From: Microgenomates group bacterium Gr01-1014_16
GTDB lineage: Bacteria; Patescibacteriota; Microgenomatia; CAZETR01; Amesbacteraceae
NCBI GenBank assembly: GCA_007376345.1
Contig: VMGA01000002.1
Coordinates: 8,309-72,308 of the forward strand
Direction of reading: 5' to 3'
Length of the DNA: 64,000 nt
In this document: positions 9,967 through 18,744 of the stretch, in pieces
Numbering within the stretch: the stretch's first letter is position 1
How the letters are laid out: each line of letters begins with the position of its first letter
Position numbers and translations under genes: made by a program
The notes under the pieces: model-generated
Told to the model about the DNA's origin: nothing
What the model saw: the letters and a program-made list of their open reading frames with translations, nothing else
Database searches by the model: none

Positions 9967-10853
9967 TTTGGAGTGGATGGGGCAAACAGTCAAGCTGGCC
10001 GGATGGGTCGGCGCCGGTAAAACTGGAAATCGGGCTGGATATCCGGCATTGTCAGGAGTGGGCGGAATATACGAGAAAAATCGGATGGATCGTGGAAAAG
10101 ATTTCAGGGACTGAGTTTCAAATTTTTGTGAGAAAGTTCGGAATTTTCGGATCTGTAGCAAAGATTCAGAGAGTCCGACTGCCGTTGCCTTGGGGAGAAT
10201 TAAATAAAATGTTAAAAAAATACCGGGTGTTCTTTACGATAATTGAGCCAATGAATGGGAATTTTGACGAATTAAAGAACGCGGGTTTTAAAAAAGAAAA
10301 AGACGCGTTTCGAGCGACAAAGACTACCAGAATTGATTTAAGCGGAGATGTGTTGGCAAAATTTAAACGGGCCAGGTCTTGGATTAATAAATTGGCTGGA
10401 GAAAAGCATAAAATCGAAATCGGGAAAGCGGACAAATTCTTTGAGATTTGGAAAAAGGCGACAAAAATCCAACATCTTTGGTCGTCAAATAAAGCCCACT
10501 ATGACGCGCTGGTAAATAGTTTTGGGAAGTCAGCGTTTACAGTAACGGTCGATGACATGTGCGGGTGTCTGGTTTTGACGTACGACGGTGTGGCTTATTA
10601 CTATTACGGAGCGGCGCTACCGGATGCTAAGAGGAAAAGTTTACCGTATTTATATGTTTGGGAGGCCATGAAGGAGGCCAAAAAAAGAGGGGCAAAAATC
10701 TGGGACTGGGAAGGAGTGTATGATCCTAGATATCCGAATAGAGGCTGGAAAGGCTTTACGCAATTTAAAAAAACATTCGGGGGGGAAGAGGTATGGTTCC
10801 CGGGGACTTTCGGCAAAAGAACTATCGGTAACTTTTGGCCTGGAGGTTTTTGA
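9951..10853 (+). CDS. FemABX-family (GNAT-fold) peptidoglycan bridge transferase
   Basis: DIRHCQEW, YYYGAA, WEAMKEAKKRG..WDWEG, GFTQFKKTFGG; true start probably near 10040. Confidence 0.75.
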   Translation: MAHMAFWSGWGKQSSWPDGSAPVKLEIGLDIRHCQEWAEYTRKIGWIVEKISGTEFQIFVRKFGIFGSVAKIQRVRLPLPWGELNKMLKKYRVFFTIIEPMNGNFDELKNAGFKKEKDAFRATKTTRIDLSGDVLAKFKRARSWINKLAGEKHKIEIGKADKFFEIWKKATKIQHLWSSNKAHYDALVNSFGKSAFTVTVDDMCGCLVLTYDGVAYYYYGAALPDAKRKSLPYLYVWEAMKEAKKRGAKIWDWEGVYDPRYPNRGWKGFTQFKKTFGGEEVWFPGTFGKRTIGNFWPGGF

Positions 10854-11451
10854 AACTTTCTTGAAGAGCAAGGAGTATTAATTTTTCCAGCTTAGAATTA
10901 TCTCCAGAGTCCGCCTGCTGCATGGCGTGGATATATTTTCGCCGGTCATTACTTGTTCCTGCTTTAATTTCGATAGGTGGTAGGTTCATTGTTAAACAAA
11001 TGAAGGAGGTAAGCATTCTCGCTGTTCGGCCGTTGTAGTCGTTGAAGGGATGGGTATAAACGAAACGGTGTTGAAACCAGGTCAATAAATTGGTTAGTTC
11101 TTCCAGAAAACTTTCTTCGTCTAAGCTAGGTAAATGTTTTATTCTCTCCTGAAGGTCTAGACATAGGTCAGCTACCAATTGGGGAACTTGATAATGTGGC
11201 GGGGCTTCTTTGCCGGAATATTCAACCTGGATAGTCCTGAACTTCCCTGCCCATTTCGGAAATATCCAACCAAAGGCTTCTTTATGGAGAGATAAAATAA
11301 GAACTGAGGTAATTTTTGCTTTTTTTGTTTTTGAAATTGAATATAGAAACTTAATTCCCTTTTTGATTCCCTTTATTTCAAGTTTTACTAACTGGGAGCG
11401 GGGAATTATTCCAAAAGATGTTTCTTTGTATGAAGTTTCGCCAGTTTTCAT
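10822..11451 (-). CDS. Fic-family toxin (class I)
   Basis: HPFNDYNGRTAR; no internal inhibitory motif seen. Confidence 0.85.
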   Translation of the reverse strand: MKTGETSYKETSFGIIPRSQLVKLEIKGIKKGIKFLYSISKTKKAKITSVLILSLHKEAFGWIFPKWAGKFRTIQVEYSGKEAPPHYQVPQLVADLCLDLQERIKHLPSLDEESFLEELTNLLTWFQHRFVYTHPFNDYNGRTARMLTSFICLTMNLPPIEIKAGTSNDRRKYIHAMQQADSGDNSKLEKLILLALQESFKNLQAKSYR

Positions 11452-11594
11452 TTAATCAGAGTTGTTACCATTTTCCTAGTCACTGGTTCGTTCTCCAACC
11501 TCATAGTCCGATAAATCATTTCCGGTAAAAAACCTTTAAAATACCCTGCTATATCTGATTTTTTAAATTTAATATTTATTTTTTTACGTTTCAT
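11448..11594 (-). CDS. Putative Fic antitoxin, 48 aa
   Basis: MKRKKINIKFKKSDIAGYFKGFLPEMIYRTMRLENEPVTRKMVTTLIK; TMRLEN fits (S/T)xxxE(G/N); ATGA overlap with the fic gene; TATAAT 6 nt upstream. Confidence 0.8.
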   Translation of the reverse strand: MKRKKINIKFKKSDIAGYFKGFLPEMIYRTMRLENEPVTRKMVTTLIK

Positions 11595-11606
11595 AAATTT
11601 ATTATA

Positions 11607-13400
11607 TCATTGGTAACTTTTGGCCTGGAGGGTGAAGAGTTCAGAATAAGTGCCTTTTTGCTTCATCAACTGTTCGTGCGAGCCGGATTCTGAAACCGTT
11701 CCATTTTCTAATACCAAAATCCGATCGGCCTTGCGAACGGTGGAGAAACGGTGGGAGACGAGCATTAATATTTGGTCACGAGTAATTTTGAGGACGTTTT
11801 CAAATATTTCCTCTTCGGCCTTAGGGTCAACATTACTGGTGGGTTCGTCCAGTATCATTATGTTGGACTTTCTGAACATTGTCCGAGCCAACCCAATGCG
11901 TTGTTTTTGTCCCCCCGAAGGGTCAACGCCATGTTCCAGCTCTTTATTTAAAGGCGTTTCGTACTTTAAGGGCAAGGTTTCGATGTAAGCATCAATTTCA
12001 GCAAGTTTAGCTGCCTGTTTGACTTCACTTAAATTATTGACTCGAGAGAGATCTGAAAAAGCTATACTTTCGCGAGCTGAAAGGGGAAAGAGATGAAAAT
12101 CTTGTTGCAAGACTGAAATTTTGTGCCAGAGTTTTTGTAAATTATATTCGTGGACGGGGAGTCCGTTGATCAATATTTGTCCCTTTTGTGGAGAATGGAG
12201 ACCTAATAACAGTTTGAGCAGAGTGGTTTTTCCAGCGCCGTTTTCCCCGACTATAGCGACGTTGTCTGTGGGATTTATCGATAAAGAGACATCCTTCAAA
12301 ACCCAGTCGGTACTGGTGGGATATTTGAAAAATACATGATCGAAAACTATACCGGTGTGTAATTTGTCCGGGAGAATCTTTGTACCGGAGGATAATTTGG
12401 GGACGAGATCCATAAACCAGGTGAAGTCTTGGACAAACAGATAGTTTTCATAAACTACAGCTATGTTTTGGACAACCATATTGAATCCATTTGTTAAAGT
12501 GTTGGCAGCTTGATACAGCATCTGTGCACTACCTAAAGTGATCCTCCCAATTAGAGCAAGAATAAAGAAATAAGAATTAAGACCAATTACCAACAAAGTC
12601 AGAGGAACATCAGTAAATGTGCGCCACTTGACACGGCGGAAACGCAAAGCACGATTGATTTCTTCGACTTTCTCCTGAAGAGCATTCAATTTGGCGGTGA
12701 CATAATTTGCCGTATCATATAATTTGTTTTCATATATTTGCCGCGTGTCGGTGATAAGCCAACTGATCCAACCCCAAATGCGATATTCTTTATTGAGTGA
12801 ATCGCGATCACGATATTCGAGCTTGGCAAGCCGACCACTTACAAACGCCTCTGGAAGACTCGCTGCAATAATCACAAGAGTGATGAGCGGATTGAATGTA
12901 AAAAGAGGAATCGCACCAGAAATAATTGTAAAGATAGCGTTGGGGAAATCGGATAAAGGCGAGAGCATTCCCCAGACGCGCTGATTAGACTCGCGGGAAA
13001 CTTTTTTGTATTTGTCCTGAAAGACCGGTGATTCGATTGTGGGTATGTCTAGAGTGTTGAGTTTTACCCCCAACATGATTTCGATTTTGTTACTAATTTG
13101 ACTGGTCAGAAGATTGGTAACTGCATTTTGATAACGACTTAAAAAACTGCGGGCAAATTCAATTCCGGCTCGAAGGATTGCAATCCAAATGATCGTTCTG
13201 GCCACAACTTCCCAGTTTGGATGACCGATTGAAGATATAACCAAATCAAGCAGAATTTTATTGATGTATAAGATCGGCAGATTGGTAAGTCCCCAAAACG
13301 CGCTGATTATAGTAAGAAGAACCAGATATGACGGGTTGACTCGGTAAGCTAAAGCTAAAATACGGCGATATGTGAGAAAAAATCTCTTAAATGAATCCAT
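11607..13400 (-). CDS. ABC exporter, fused permease/ATPase
   Basis: TM domain, GENGAGKT, PSGGQKQR, LDEPTS, SHR. Confidence 0.92.
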   Translation of the reverse strand: MDSFKRFFLTYRRILALAYRVNPSYLVLLTIISAFWGLTNLPILYINKILLDLVISSIGHPNWEVVARTIIWIAILRAGIEFARSFLSRYQNAVTNLLTSQISNKIEIMLGVKLNTLDIPTIESPVFQDKYKKVSRESNQRVWGMLSPLSDFPNAIFTIISGAIPLFTFNPLITLVIIAASLPEAFVSGRLAKLEYRDRDSLNKEYRIWGWISWLITDTRQIYENKLYDTANYVTAKLNALQEKVEEINRALRFRRVKWRTFTDVPLTLLVIGLNSYFFILALIGRITLGSAQMLYQAANTLTNGFNMVVQNIAVVYENYLFVQDFTWFMDLVPKLSSGTKILPDKLHTGIVFDHVFFKYPTSTDWVLKDVSLSINPTDNVAIVGENGAGKTTLLKLLLGLHSPQKGQILINGLPVHEYNLQKLWHKISVLQQDFHLFPLSARESIAFSDLSRVNNLSEVKQAAKLAEIDAYIETLPLKYETPLNKELEHGVDPSGGQKQRIGLARTMFRKSNIMILDEPTSNVDPKAEEEIFENVLKITRDQILMLVSHRFSTVRKADRILVLENGTVSESGSHEQLMKQKGTYSELFTLQAKSYQ

Positions 13401-13402
13401 GA

Positions 13403-14584
13403 TTATATTCTAGACTCTGGGGGTGATTTTGTCTTTGCCCATGTAGGGGCGGTTCTGGAAGTGGCAACGGCGGTGCCGTTTAACATGTGTATAAACTCGA
13501 TTTCGCCGGTTTTGCGCTTGAATTTAATGTTTAAATTTCTAGCCTGATAATCGGTACAATTGGAAGTAGATGTGACCTCGCCGTAATCATCTCTCGTTGG
13601 CATCCAGGCCTCGATATCAAATTTGCGGGCGGCCATGGCGCCCAAATCCCCGGTACACATTTCCAAAACTCTGTACGGCAGGCCAAGATTTTGATAGATT
13701 TTTTCTTCCATGTCCAAAATGTGGAGATGCATTTTTTCGGACTCTTCCGGCAGGCAGTAGATAAACATTTCGGCCTTGGTAAATTCGTGGACGCGATAAA
13801 GACCTTTGGAATATTTGCCATAAGCCCCGGCTTCCTGGCGGAAACAGTGTGAATAACCGATGTATTTAATAGGAAGTTTATCTTGCGGAATTATTTCATC
13901 GGCGTGTTTGCCGGCCAGAGTCACTTCGGCTGTGGCAATTAGTCCTAAATCTTCGTCTTGAATAGTGTATGTCTGGGCTTCGCTGCCCTTGGGTGCGTAG
14001 CCGGTGCCAAGATAATATCTGGCTTTGGCAAGATCAGGAGTAATAACCGGAAGAAAGCCTTCTTTGGATAAGAGGTCAAACGCATAGCGAACCAGAGCTA
14101 ATTCTAATAAAGCCCCGTCGCCATAAAGAAAATAAAATTGCGACCCAGAAACTTTAGCGCCGGTGGGAAAATCTAATATTTTTAATTTTTCGCCCAGCTC
14201 TAAATGATCAAGTGGCTTGAAATCAAATTTTCTGGGTTCACCCCATTTACGAACTTCGACGTTATCTTTTTCAGATTTGCCCGTGGGCGCTAGGGGGGAT
14301 GGCATGTTTGGTATTTGCAAGAGGAGCGCTTGCGAAGCTAATTCGGCAGCTGATAGCTGGGGTTCTAGTTCTTTGAGCTGGATCTTTATTTTTTTGCCTT
14401 CGTCAATTTGATCTTTGGTTAGCTTGTTGCGGGCTGCATGGAGCGCTTCCACAAGACCAATTAACTCGCGGTGTTTCTTGTCCAGTACGACAACTTCATC
14501 GACTAATTTGGGATCGAGACCTTTGGCGGTAATGCCGGCTTTGACTTTGTCGGGATTGTCTCGAATGAGTTTGATGTCGATCAT
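13403..14584 (-). CDS. serS: Serine--tRNA ligase (C-terminus disrupted)
   Basis: MIDIKLIR, ATAE, FRQEAG, GLYRVHEF, SNCTDYQAR, HMLNGTA. Confidence 0.96.
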   Translation of the reverse strand: MIDIKLIRDNPDKVKAGITAKGLDPKLVDEVVVLDKKHRELIGLVEALHAARNKLTKDQIDEGKKIKIQLKELEPQLSAAELASQALLLQIPNMPSPLAPTGKSEKDNVEVRKWGEPRKFDFKPLDHLELGEKLKILDFPTGAKVSGSQFYFLYGDGALLELALVRYAFDLLSKEGFLPVITPDLAKARYYLGTGYAPKGSEAQTYTIQDEDLGLIATAEVTLAGKHADEIIPQDKLPIKYIGYSHCFRQEAGAYGKYSKGLYRVHEFTKAEMFIYCLPEESEKMHLHILDMEEKIYQNLGLPYRVLEMCTGDLGAMAARKFDIEAWMPTRDDYGEVTSTSNCTDYQARNLNIKFKRKTGEIEFIHMLNGTAVATSRTAPTWAKTKSPPESRI

Positions 14585-15132
14585 AATGAATATTCTATCA
14601 CCGAACAGTTGTCTAGGCGGTGAGACCAAATGTGATCTAAATCCTGACCGGCTAAATAAGTAGCAATTATCTGAATAACGTTTTCGTGGGTAACTACGAC
14701 TGTATTTTTGGCCTTGTCTAAATCAGTCCACCATGAAATGACCCGGGGAGCAGTCTGGCCAGCAAAGTTTTCTCCATTGGGAAATTGGGTTTGAGAGGGA
14801 TGTATTTTCCAGAGAGCGTATTCTTCCGGCCAACGGGCATTTATTTCGGCGTCATTTAGACTGCTCCAATCACCATGATCGGTTTCTTTTAATCTGTCAT
14901 CTTTAGATACGGGGATATTTAATGTACCGCTTATTATTTCAGCAGTTTGGATTGCCCGTTTCAGAGGGCTGGAGAAAATGGCGGATATATTTTCAGTCAG
15001 AAAAGTGGCGGCGATTTTTTGAGCCGAAAGGCGACCCTGATTTGTTAAATCGGTGTCGTACCGTTGGCCTTGAAACTTGCCGGTTAGATTGGCAACTGAT
15101 TGGCCGTGTCTGATTAAATATATTTTTGTCAT
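14581..15132 (-). CDS. Histidine phosphatase (PspA-like phosphoserine phosphatase candidate)
   Basis: RHGQS..N...FQG, SSPLKRA.QTA, ETDHG, VTH; ATGA overlap with serS. Confidence 0.85.
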   Translation of the reverse strand: MTKIYLIRHGQSVANLTGKFQGQRYDTDLTNQGRLSAQKIAATFLTENISAIFSSPLKRAIQTAEIISGTLNIPVSKDDRLKETDHGDWSSLNDAEINARWPEEYALWKIHPSQTQFPNGENFAGQTAPRVISWWTDLDKAKNTVVVTHENVIQIIATYLAGQDLDHIWSHRLDNCSVIEYSL

Positions 15133-15180
15133 ACGATGGTCATACGTGGTCATTCGTGGGCATACAATTGTTTTGGATTT

Positions 15181-15345
15181 AAAAAAAACTCGCCGTTTAT
15201 TGGCGAGTTGCGGTTTCCCCTTCGACAAGCTCAGGGTAAAAGATGCCACCTCAACTAATACTCAATTTGAAAGCTATTACGGGCTAACCCGGACTGGTTT
15301 TTGACCCCAATCGGCATTGTCCGATGGAATTCGAACTAAAGCGCT
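15181..15345 (-). ncRNA. Putative compact T-box riboswitch (Ser)
   Basis: Antiterminator GTTGAGG-[TGGCATC]-helix-CCGCAAC overlaps terminator AACTCGCC/GGCGAGTT plus T-run; CCCGTA element; promoter TTGCTT-16-TACAAT upstream. Confidence 0.65.
15218..15236. repeat. REP-like palindrome CCCTTCGACAAGCTCAGGG
   Basis: Short hairpin repeat recalled as widespread in bacteria; lies inside the putative antiterminator. Confidence 0.6.
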
Positions 15346-15418
15346 TTGGATTATTGTAACATTTCGGAAAAAATAAGCAAATTTACAAGTTGATGCGACC
15401 GCATAAACTTGTAAATGT

Positions 15419-16039
15419 TTATAGGCCTATGGATTTGGATTTAACTCTGCCTTTCTTTGGCAAGTTGGCAAAGGGGTTGTTTTCAAAGGTTAAATTCGAA
15501 GCCAAGGCTAATGTTTTCTTCACCGATAATTGGTAAGTATCAATAAGCATATCCATAGAATTGGAAATTAGATGTTGCGTCCAGTCGAACCCTAATTTTT
15601 CAGATAGTGATTTTATTTTGATTTCTGAATCTGATTCAATCTCACAATAGGTGTCTAAACCCGGCCAGGTATCAATATCTATGTGACAACTGTCAAGTTC
15701 CCAGGATTCTCTCAAGGTTTCTTGATATTTATCAGGTTCTAAATTCACTAGCTTTAATATTTCTACAGCTTTGTCGTAATTACTGATTACAATTTCTATT
15801 TCCTTTTCGTCTTCAATCTTTCCGGTTTTTGAGTGTGATTTGGTGCTCATGGTAATTTTACTACCTTCATCACGAATTCTGAGAAAGCCGCATTTGAATT
15901 CGGGATGAATTACTTGATCGTAAATTACTCTGCGCATTTTTCTTTCCGGCGAGACTAATTTTGCCCCAAGTGAGACTAATTTTCTTTGAAGAGCTAATTT
16001 ATCTACGGGGTAAAATTTGACTTCGAACTCTGTGTCCAT
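15419..16039 (-). CDS. CYTH domain (class IV adenylate cyclase-like) protein
   Basis: EFEVKF (ExExK), LRIRDEG, YCEIE. Confidence 0.85.
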   Translation of the reverse strand: MDTEFEVKFYPVDKLALQRKLVSLGAKLVSPERKMRRVIYDQVIHPEFKCGFLRIRDEGSKITMSTKSHSKTGKIEDEKEIEIVISNYDKAVEILKLVNLEPDKYQETLRESWELDSCHIDIDTWPGLDTYCEIESDSEIKIKSLSEKLGFDWTQHLISNSMDMLIDTYQLSVKKTLALASNLTFENNPFANLPKKGRVKSKSIGL

Positions 16040-16040
16040 G

Positions 16041-16604
16041 CTATAAACCGATATCAAGTGCAATTTGTTGCATGGCGGATAAAGAGGTTTGGACGAAGTC
16101 GGAGAGATTGATGCCTAATTCTTTTTCACAATGCATGATGTCTTCGCGCTTGGCGCCGGCGGCAAAACTCTTCTGCGGAAACTTTTTCAGAACTGATTCG
16201 ACGGATAGGTCGGATAAATGTTTGGAAGGAAGAACCAGGGCACAGGCGACGATGAGACCGGTCAGCTCGTCGCAGCAGAACAGCGACCACTGCATTTGGG
16301 TTTTTGGCAGTTTTCCTTCGTGGAACCAGCCATGAGACTCTATGCCTTCTAATAATTCTGTGTCAGTCTCCCCTAGTTCTCGAACCCAATTGGCCATCAT
16401 TTTGGCATGGTTCCTGGAATCGTCTTTGGTAAATTCGTAATCGCCGTCATGCAAAAGCCCGACTATGGCCCATTTATCTTCGTCGGCTTTAAAACATTTC
16501 GCTAAAGCTCGCATGACAACCTCGACGGACAGGCAATGACGAACTAAATTTTTGTTCGTCATCTTGGAATTGAGTAGATCAAAAGCCTGAAGTCTGGTGA
16601 TCAT
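16041..16604 (-). CDS. HD-domain phosphohydrolase
   Basis: RHCL..E, GLLHDGDYE, CDELTG, FAAGAKRE. Confidence 0.85.
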   Translation of the reverse strand: MITRLQAFDLLNSKMTNKNLVRHCLSVEVVMRALAKCFKADEDKWAIVGLLHDGDYEFTKDDSRNHAKMMANWVRELGETDTELLEGIESHGWFHEGKLPKTQMQWSLFCCDELTGLIVACALVLPSKHLSDLSVESVLKKFPQKSFAAGAKREDIMHCEKELGINLSDFVQTSLSAMQQIALDIGL

Positions 16605-18049
16605 AGTCCGTAGATTTCTTTAGTCGTTTCTTCTAATTCAAAGCGGAGCTGGGGGAAAGGGACACCTTCGCGGGCGGTGACGTCTTCCAAAAACCAGAAA
16701 ACGCGCTCGGAGTGACCGTAACCAAAAGTCGGGGGCATGCCGTACTCCAGCATTTCCACATAATCAATGTCCAACCATTGGGCTTCCGCGTCACCGGCGT
16801 CGCGCATGGCTTGCTGTTTTTGGAACCGCTCCAGCTGATCCAGAGCGTCGTTGACCTCGGACCACCCGTTACCCAATTCTGAACCGGCAATAATAGGTTG
16901 GAAACGTTCTACTATATTGGGGTTATCAACGCTGGGTTTTTGTAAAGGAGACAGATATTTGGGATGGTTGATGAGAAAAGCCGGACCGGCAATATCTTTT
17001 CTTAGCTGTTTCCAGAGGGCATCGATGGCTCGGGGAAGATTGGGGACTTTTTCTTTTACTAAGGGCTGAATATCCTTGAGACTGGCCGTATAAATATCGA
17101 CATTAAATTTGTCTTTAAATAGCTTGCCGAAATCAATAATTTCCCATTCTTTGCCAAAATCGACGTCAAAACCGCGGATCTTAAAAAGAGCCTTGTCCCC
17201 ATAAACCGATTTGATGACATGAGCAAATAGATCCTTGATGATTTGCATGCCGTCCTGCCAGTCAGCATAGGCCCAGTAAAATTCCATGGCAATGTGTTCG
17301 GGTAGATGCTCGTCCGAGAGTCCTTCGTTTCTAAACCTGGGGCCGATTTCGTACACTTTTTCATAACCGCCACCAATAAGTCTTTTGAGATAAAGTTCCT
17401 GGGAAATGCGTAAATAAAAATCCTGATCAATGGCATCCATGTGAGTAACAAACGGGTTGGCATCCCCGCCTCCGGGAATGTGTTCTAAAACGGGGATATT
17501 TATTTCCACAAAACCTTTTTTCTTAAAGAATTCACGATGCGCTTCCCAAAATTTGGACCGGCGAAGAAAACGAGAGTAAACGTCAGGGTTGATATTGGTA
17601 TCTAAATAACGGCGGCGAAGCCGGGTTTCTTTGTCCTTTAGCCCGTCCCATTGATCCGGCAGGGGGCGGAGAGCTTTGGCCAGAAGGCGCAGGGAAATAG
17701 ATTCGACGGTAACTTCACCGGACTGAGTTTTCATAACATTGCCGGAAACTTCAATAAAATCACTTGAATCGATAAAACTTAGGTAGTGTTCGTCTTTTAA
17801 TAAAACCTGGATTTTTCCGGATGCGTCTTTGAGATCTAAAAAGGCGATTTGGCCATGAATTCTCATTGCCAAAACGCGTCCAGCGACAACGACCCGTTTG
17901 TTGTGATAGCCGGAATAATCTGAAAGAATGTCGCCGATTTGGGTATCGCGCAGAGATTTGGCCGGATATGGATCGATCCCTAGTTTTTTGATCTGTGCCA
18001 GTTTGGCGATCCGGTTTTGGCGAATTTCGGCGAGACGGGAAGAAGACAT
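16601..18049 (-). CDS. lysS: Lysine--tRNA ligase (class II)
   Basis: OB domain, RLRRRYLD, ELYLKRL, FRNEG, LEYGMPP. Confidence 0.96.
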   Translation of the reverse strand: MSSSRLAEIRQNRIAKLAQIKKLGIDPYPAKSLRDTQIGDILSDYSGYHNKRVVVAGRVLAMRIHGQIAFLDLKDASGKIQVLLKDEHYLSFIDSSDFIEVSGNVMKTQSGEVTVESISLRLLAKALRPLPDQWDGLKDKETRLRRRYLDTNINPDVYSRFLRRSKFWEAHREFFKKKGFVEINIPVLEHIPGGGDANPFVTHMDAIDQDFYLRISQELYLKRLIGGGYEKVYEIGPRFRNEGLSDEHLPEHIAMEFYWAYADWQDGMQIIKDLFAHVIKSVYGDKALFKIRGFDVDFGKEWEIIDFGKLFKDKFNVDIYTASLKDIQPLVKEKVPNLPRAIDALWKQLRKDIAGPAFLINHPKYLSPLQKPSVDNPNIVERFQPIIAGSELGNGWSEVNDALDQLERFQKQQAMRDAGDAEAQWLDIDYVEMLEYGMPPTFGYGHSERVFWFLEDVTAREGVPFPQLRFELEETTKEIYGL

Positions 18050-18058
18050 GGGATTATT

Positions 18059-18517
18059 TTATTCTATTGCGACTATGGTGTACAGGATTTTGCCGGCGGG
18101 AGCGCTGACTTCCACTTTGTCGCCGACTTTTTTGCCCATTAAGGCTTGACCGAGAGGAGAAGAGGGGGAAATTTTCTTTTGGGCGGGGTTGGCTTCCCAC
18201 TCGCCGACGATATGAAAGATCGCCTGGGAAGTGTTGACATGAACGGTGACTTTGTGGCCGACGTCGATAGCATCACTGCCTGACGGCTGGGCTATCTGGG
18301 CGTTTTGGACCAGATTTTCCAGCTCGGAAATGCGGCCGTCGGTAAAGGCCAGCTCTTCTTTGGCGTCCTGGTAATCGTTGTTTTCCGACAAATCACCCAT
18401 GGAACGGGCGACTGACAGACGGTCGACCAAATGGGGACGTTTGACATCCACCAGCTCGGCCAGCTCTTTTTTGAGCTCTTCGAGGCCGATTGCAGTGATT
18501 AACATGGGATTATTCAT
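18059..18517 (-). CDS. greA: Transcription elongation factor GreA
   Basis: GDLSENNDY, ISPSSPLGQALMGKKVGD. Confidence 0.95.
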   Translation of the reverse strand: MNNPMLITAIGLEELKKELAELVDVKRPHLVDRLSVARSMGDLSENNDYQDAKEELAFTDGRISELENLVQNAQIAQPSGSDAIDVGHKVTVHVNTSQAIFHIVGEWEANPAQKKISPSSPLGQALMGKKVGDKVEVSAPAGKILYTIVAIE

Positions 18518-18529
18518 AAGTATCCATGA

Positions 18530-18607
18530 ACAAAAAATGCCTCGCTGGCGCGGGGCGAGAAGAAGCAAAGCTGGGGGTATTTTAGAACTCTAAACCTGGT
18601 TTGTCAA
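18530..18607 (-). promoter_or_regulatory. greA promoter and leader terminator
   Basis: TTGACA-17-TAAAAT (18607-18579), then GC-rich hairpin and T6 before the ATG. Confidence 0.7.
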
Positions 18608-18641
18608 ACGAGGCTAAAACAGGTAAAATGAACCCCATCAA

Positions 18642-18714
18642 GGCTCCATCGTCTAGTGGCCTAGGACATCAGATTCTCATTCTGATAACCCCGGTTCAAA
18701 TCCGGGTGGAGTCA
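18642..18714 (+). tRNA. tRNA-Glu (CTC)
   Basis: GGCTCCA/TGGAGTC acceptor stem, anticodon loop TTCTCAT, GGTTCAAATCC; CCA not encoded. Confidence 0.95.
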
Positions 18715-18744
18715 CATCACTTAACCATGGTATATTAGAAAGGT

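Noticed and set aside
15133-15249. N-terminal extension of the phosphatase (MASFTLSLSKG...)
   Set aside because: It is a translation of the REP and terminator leader sequence
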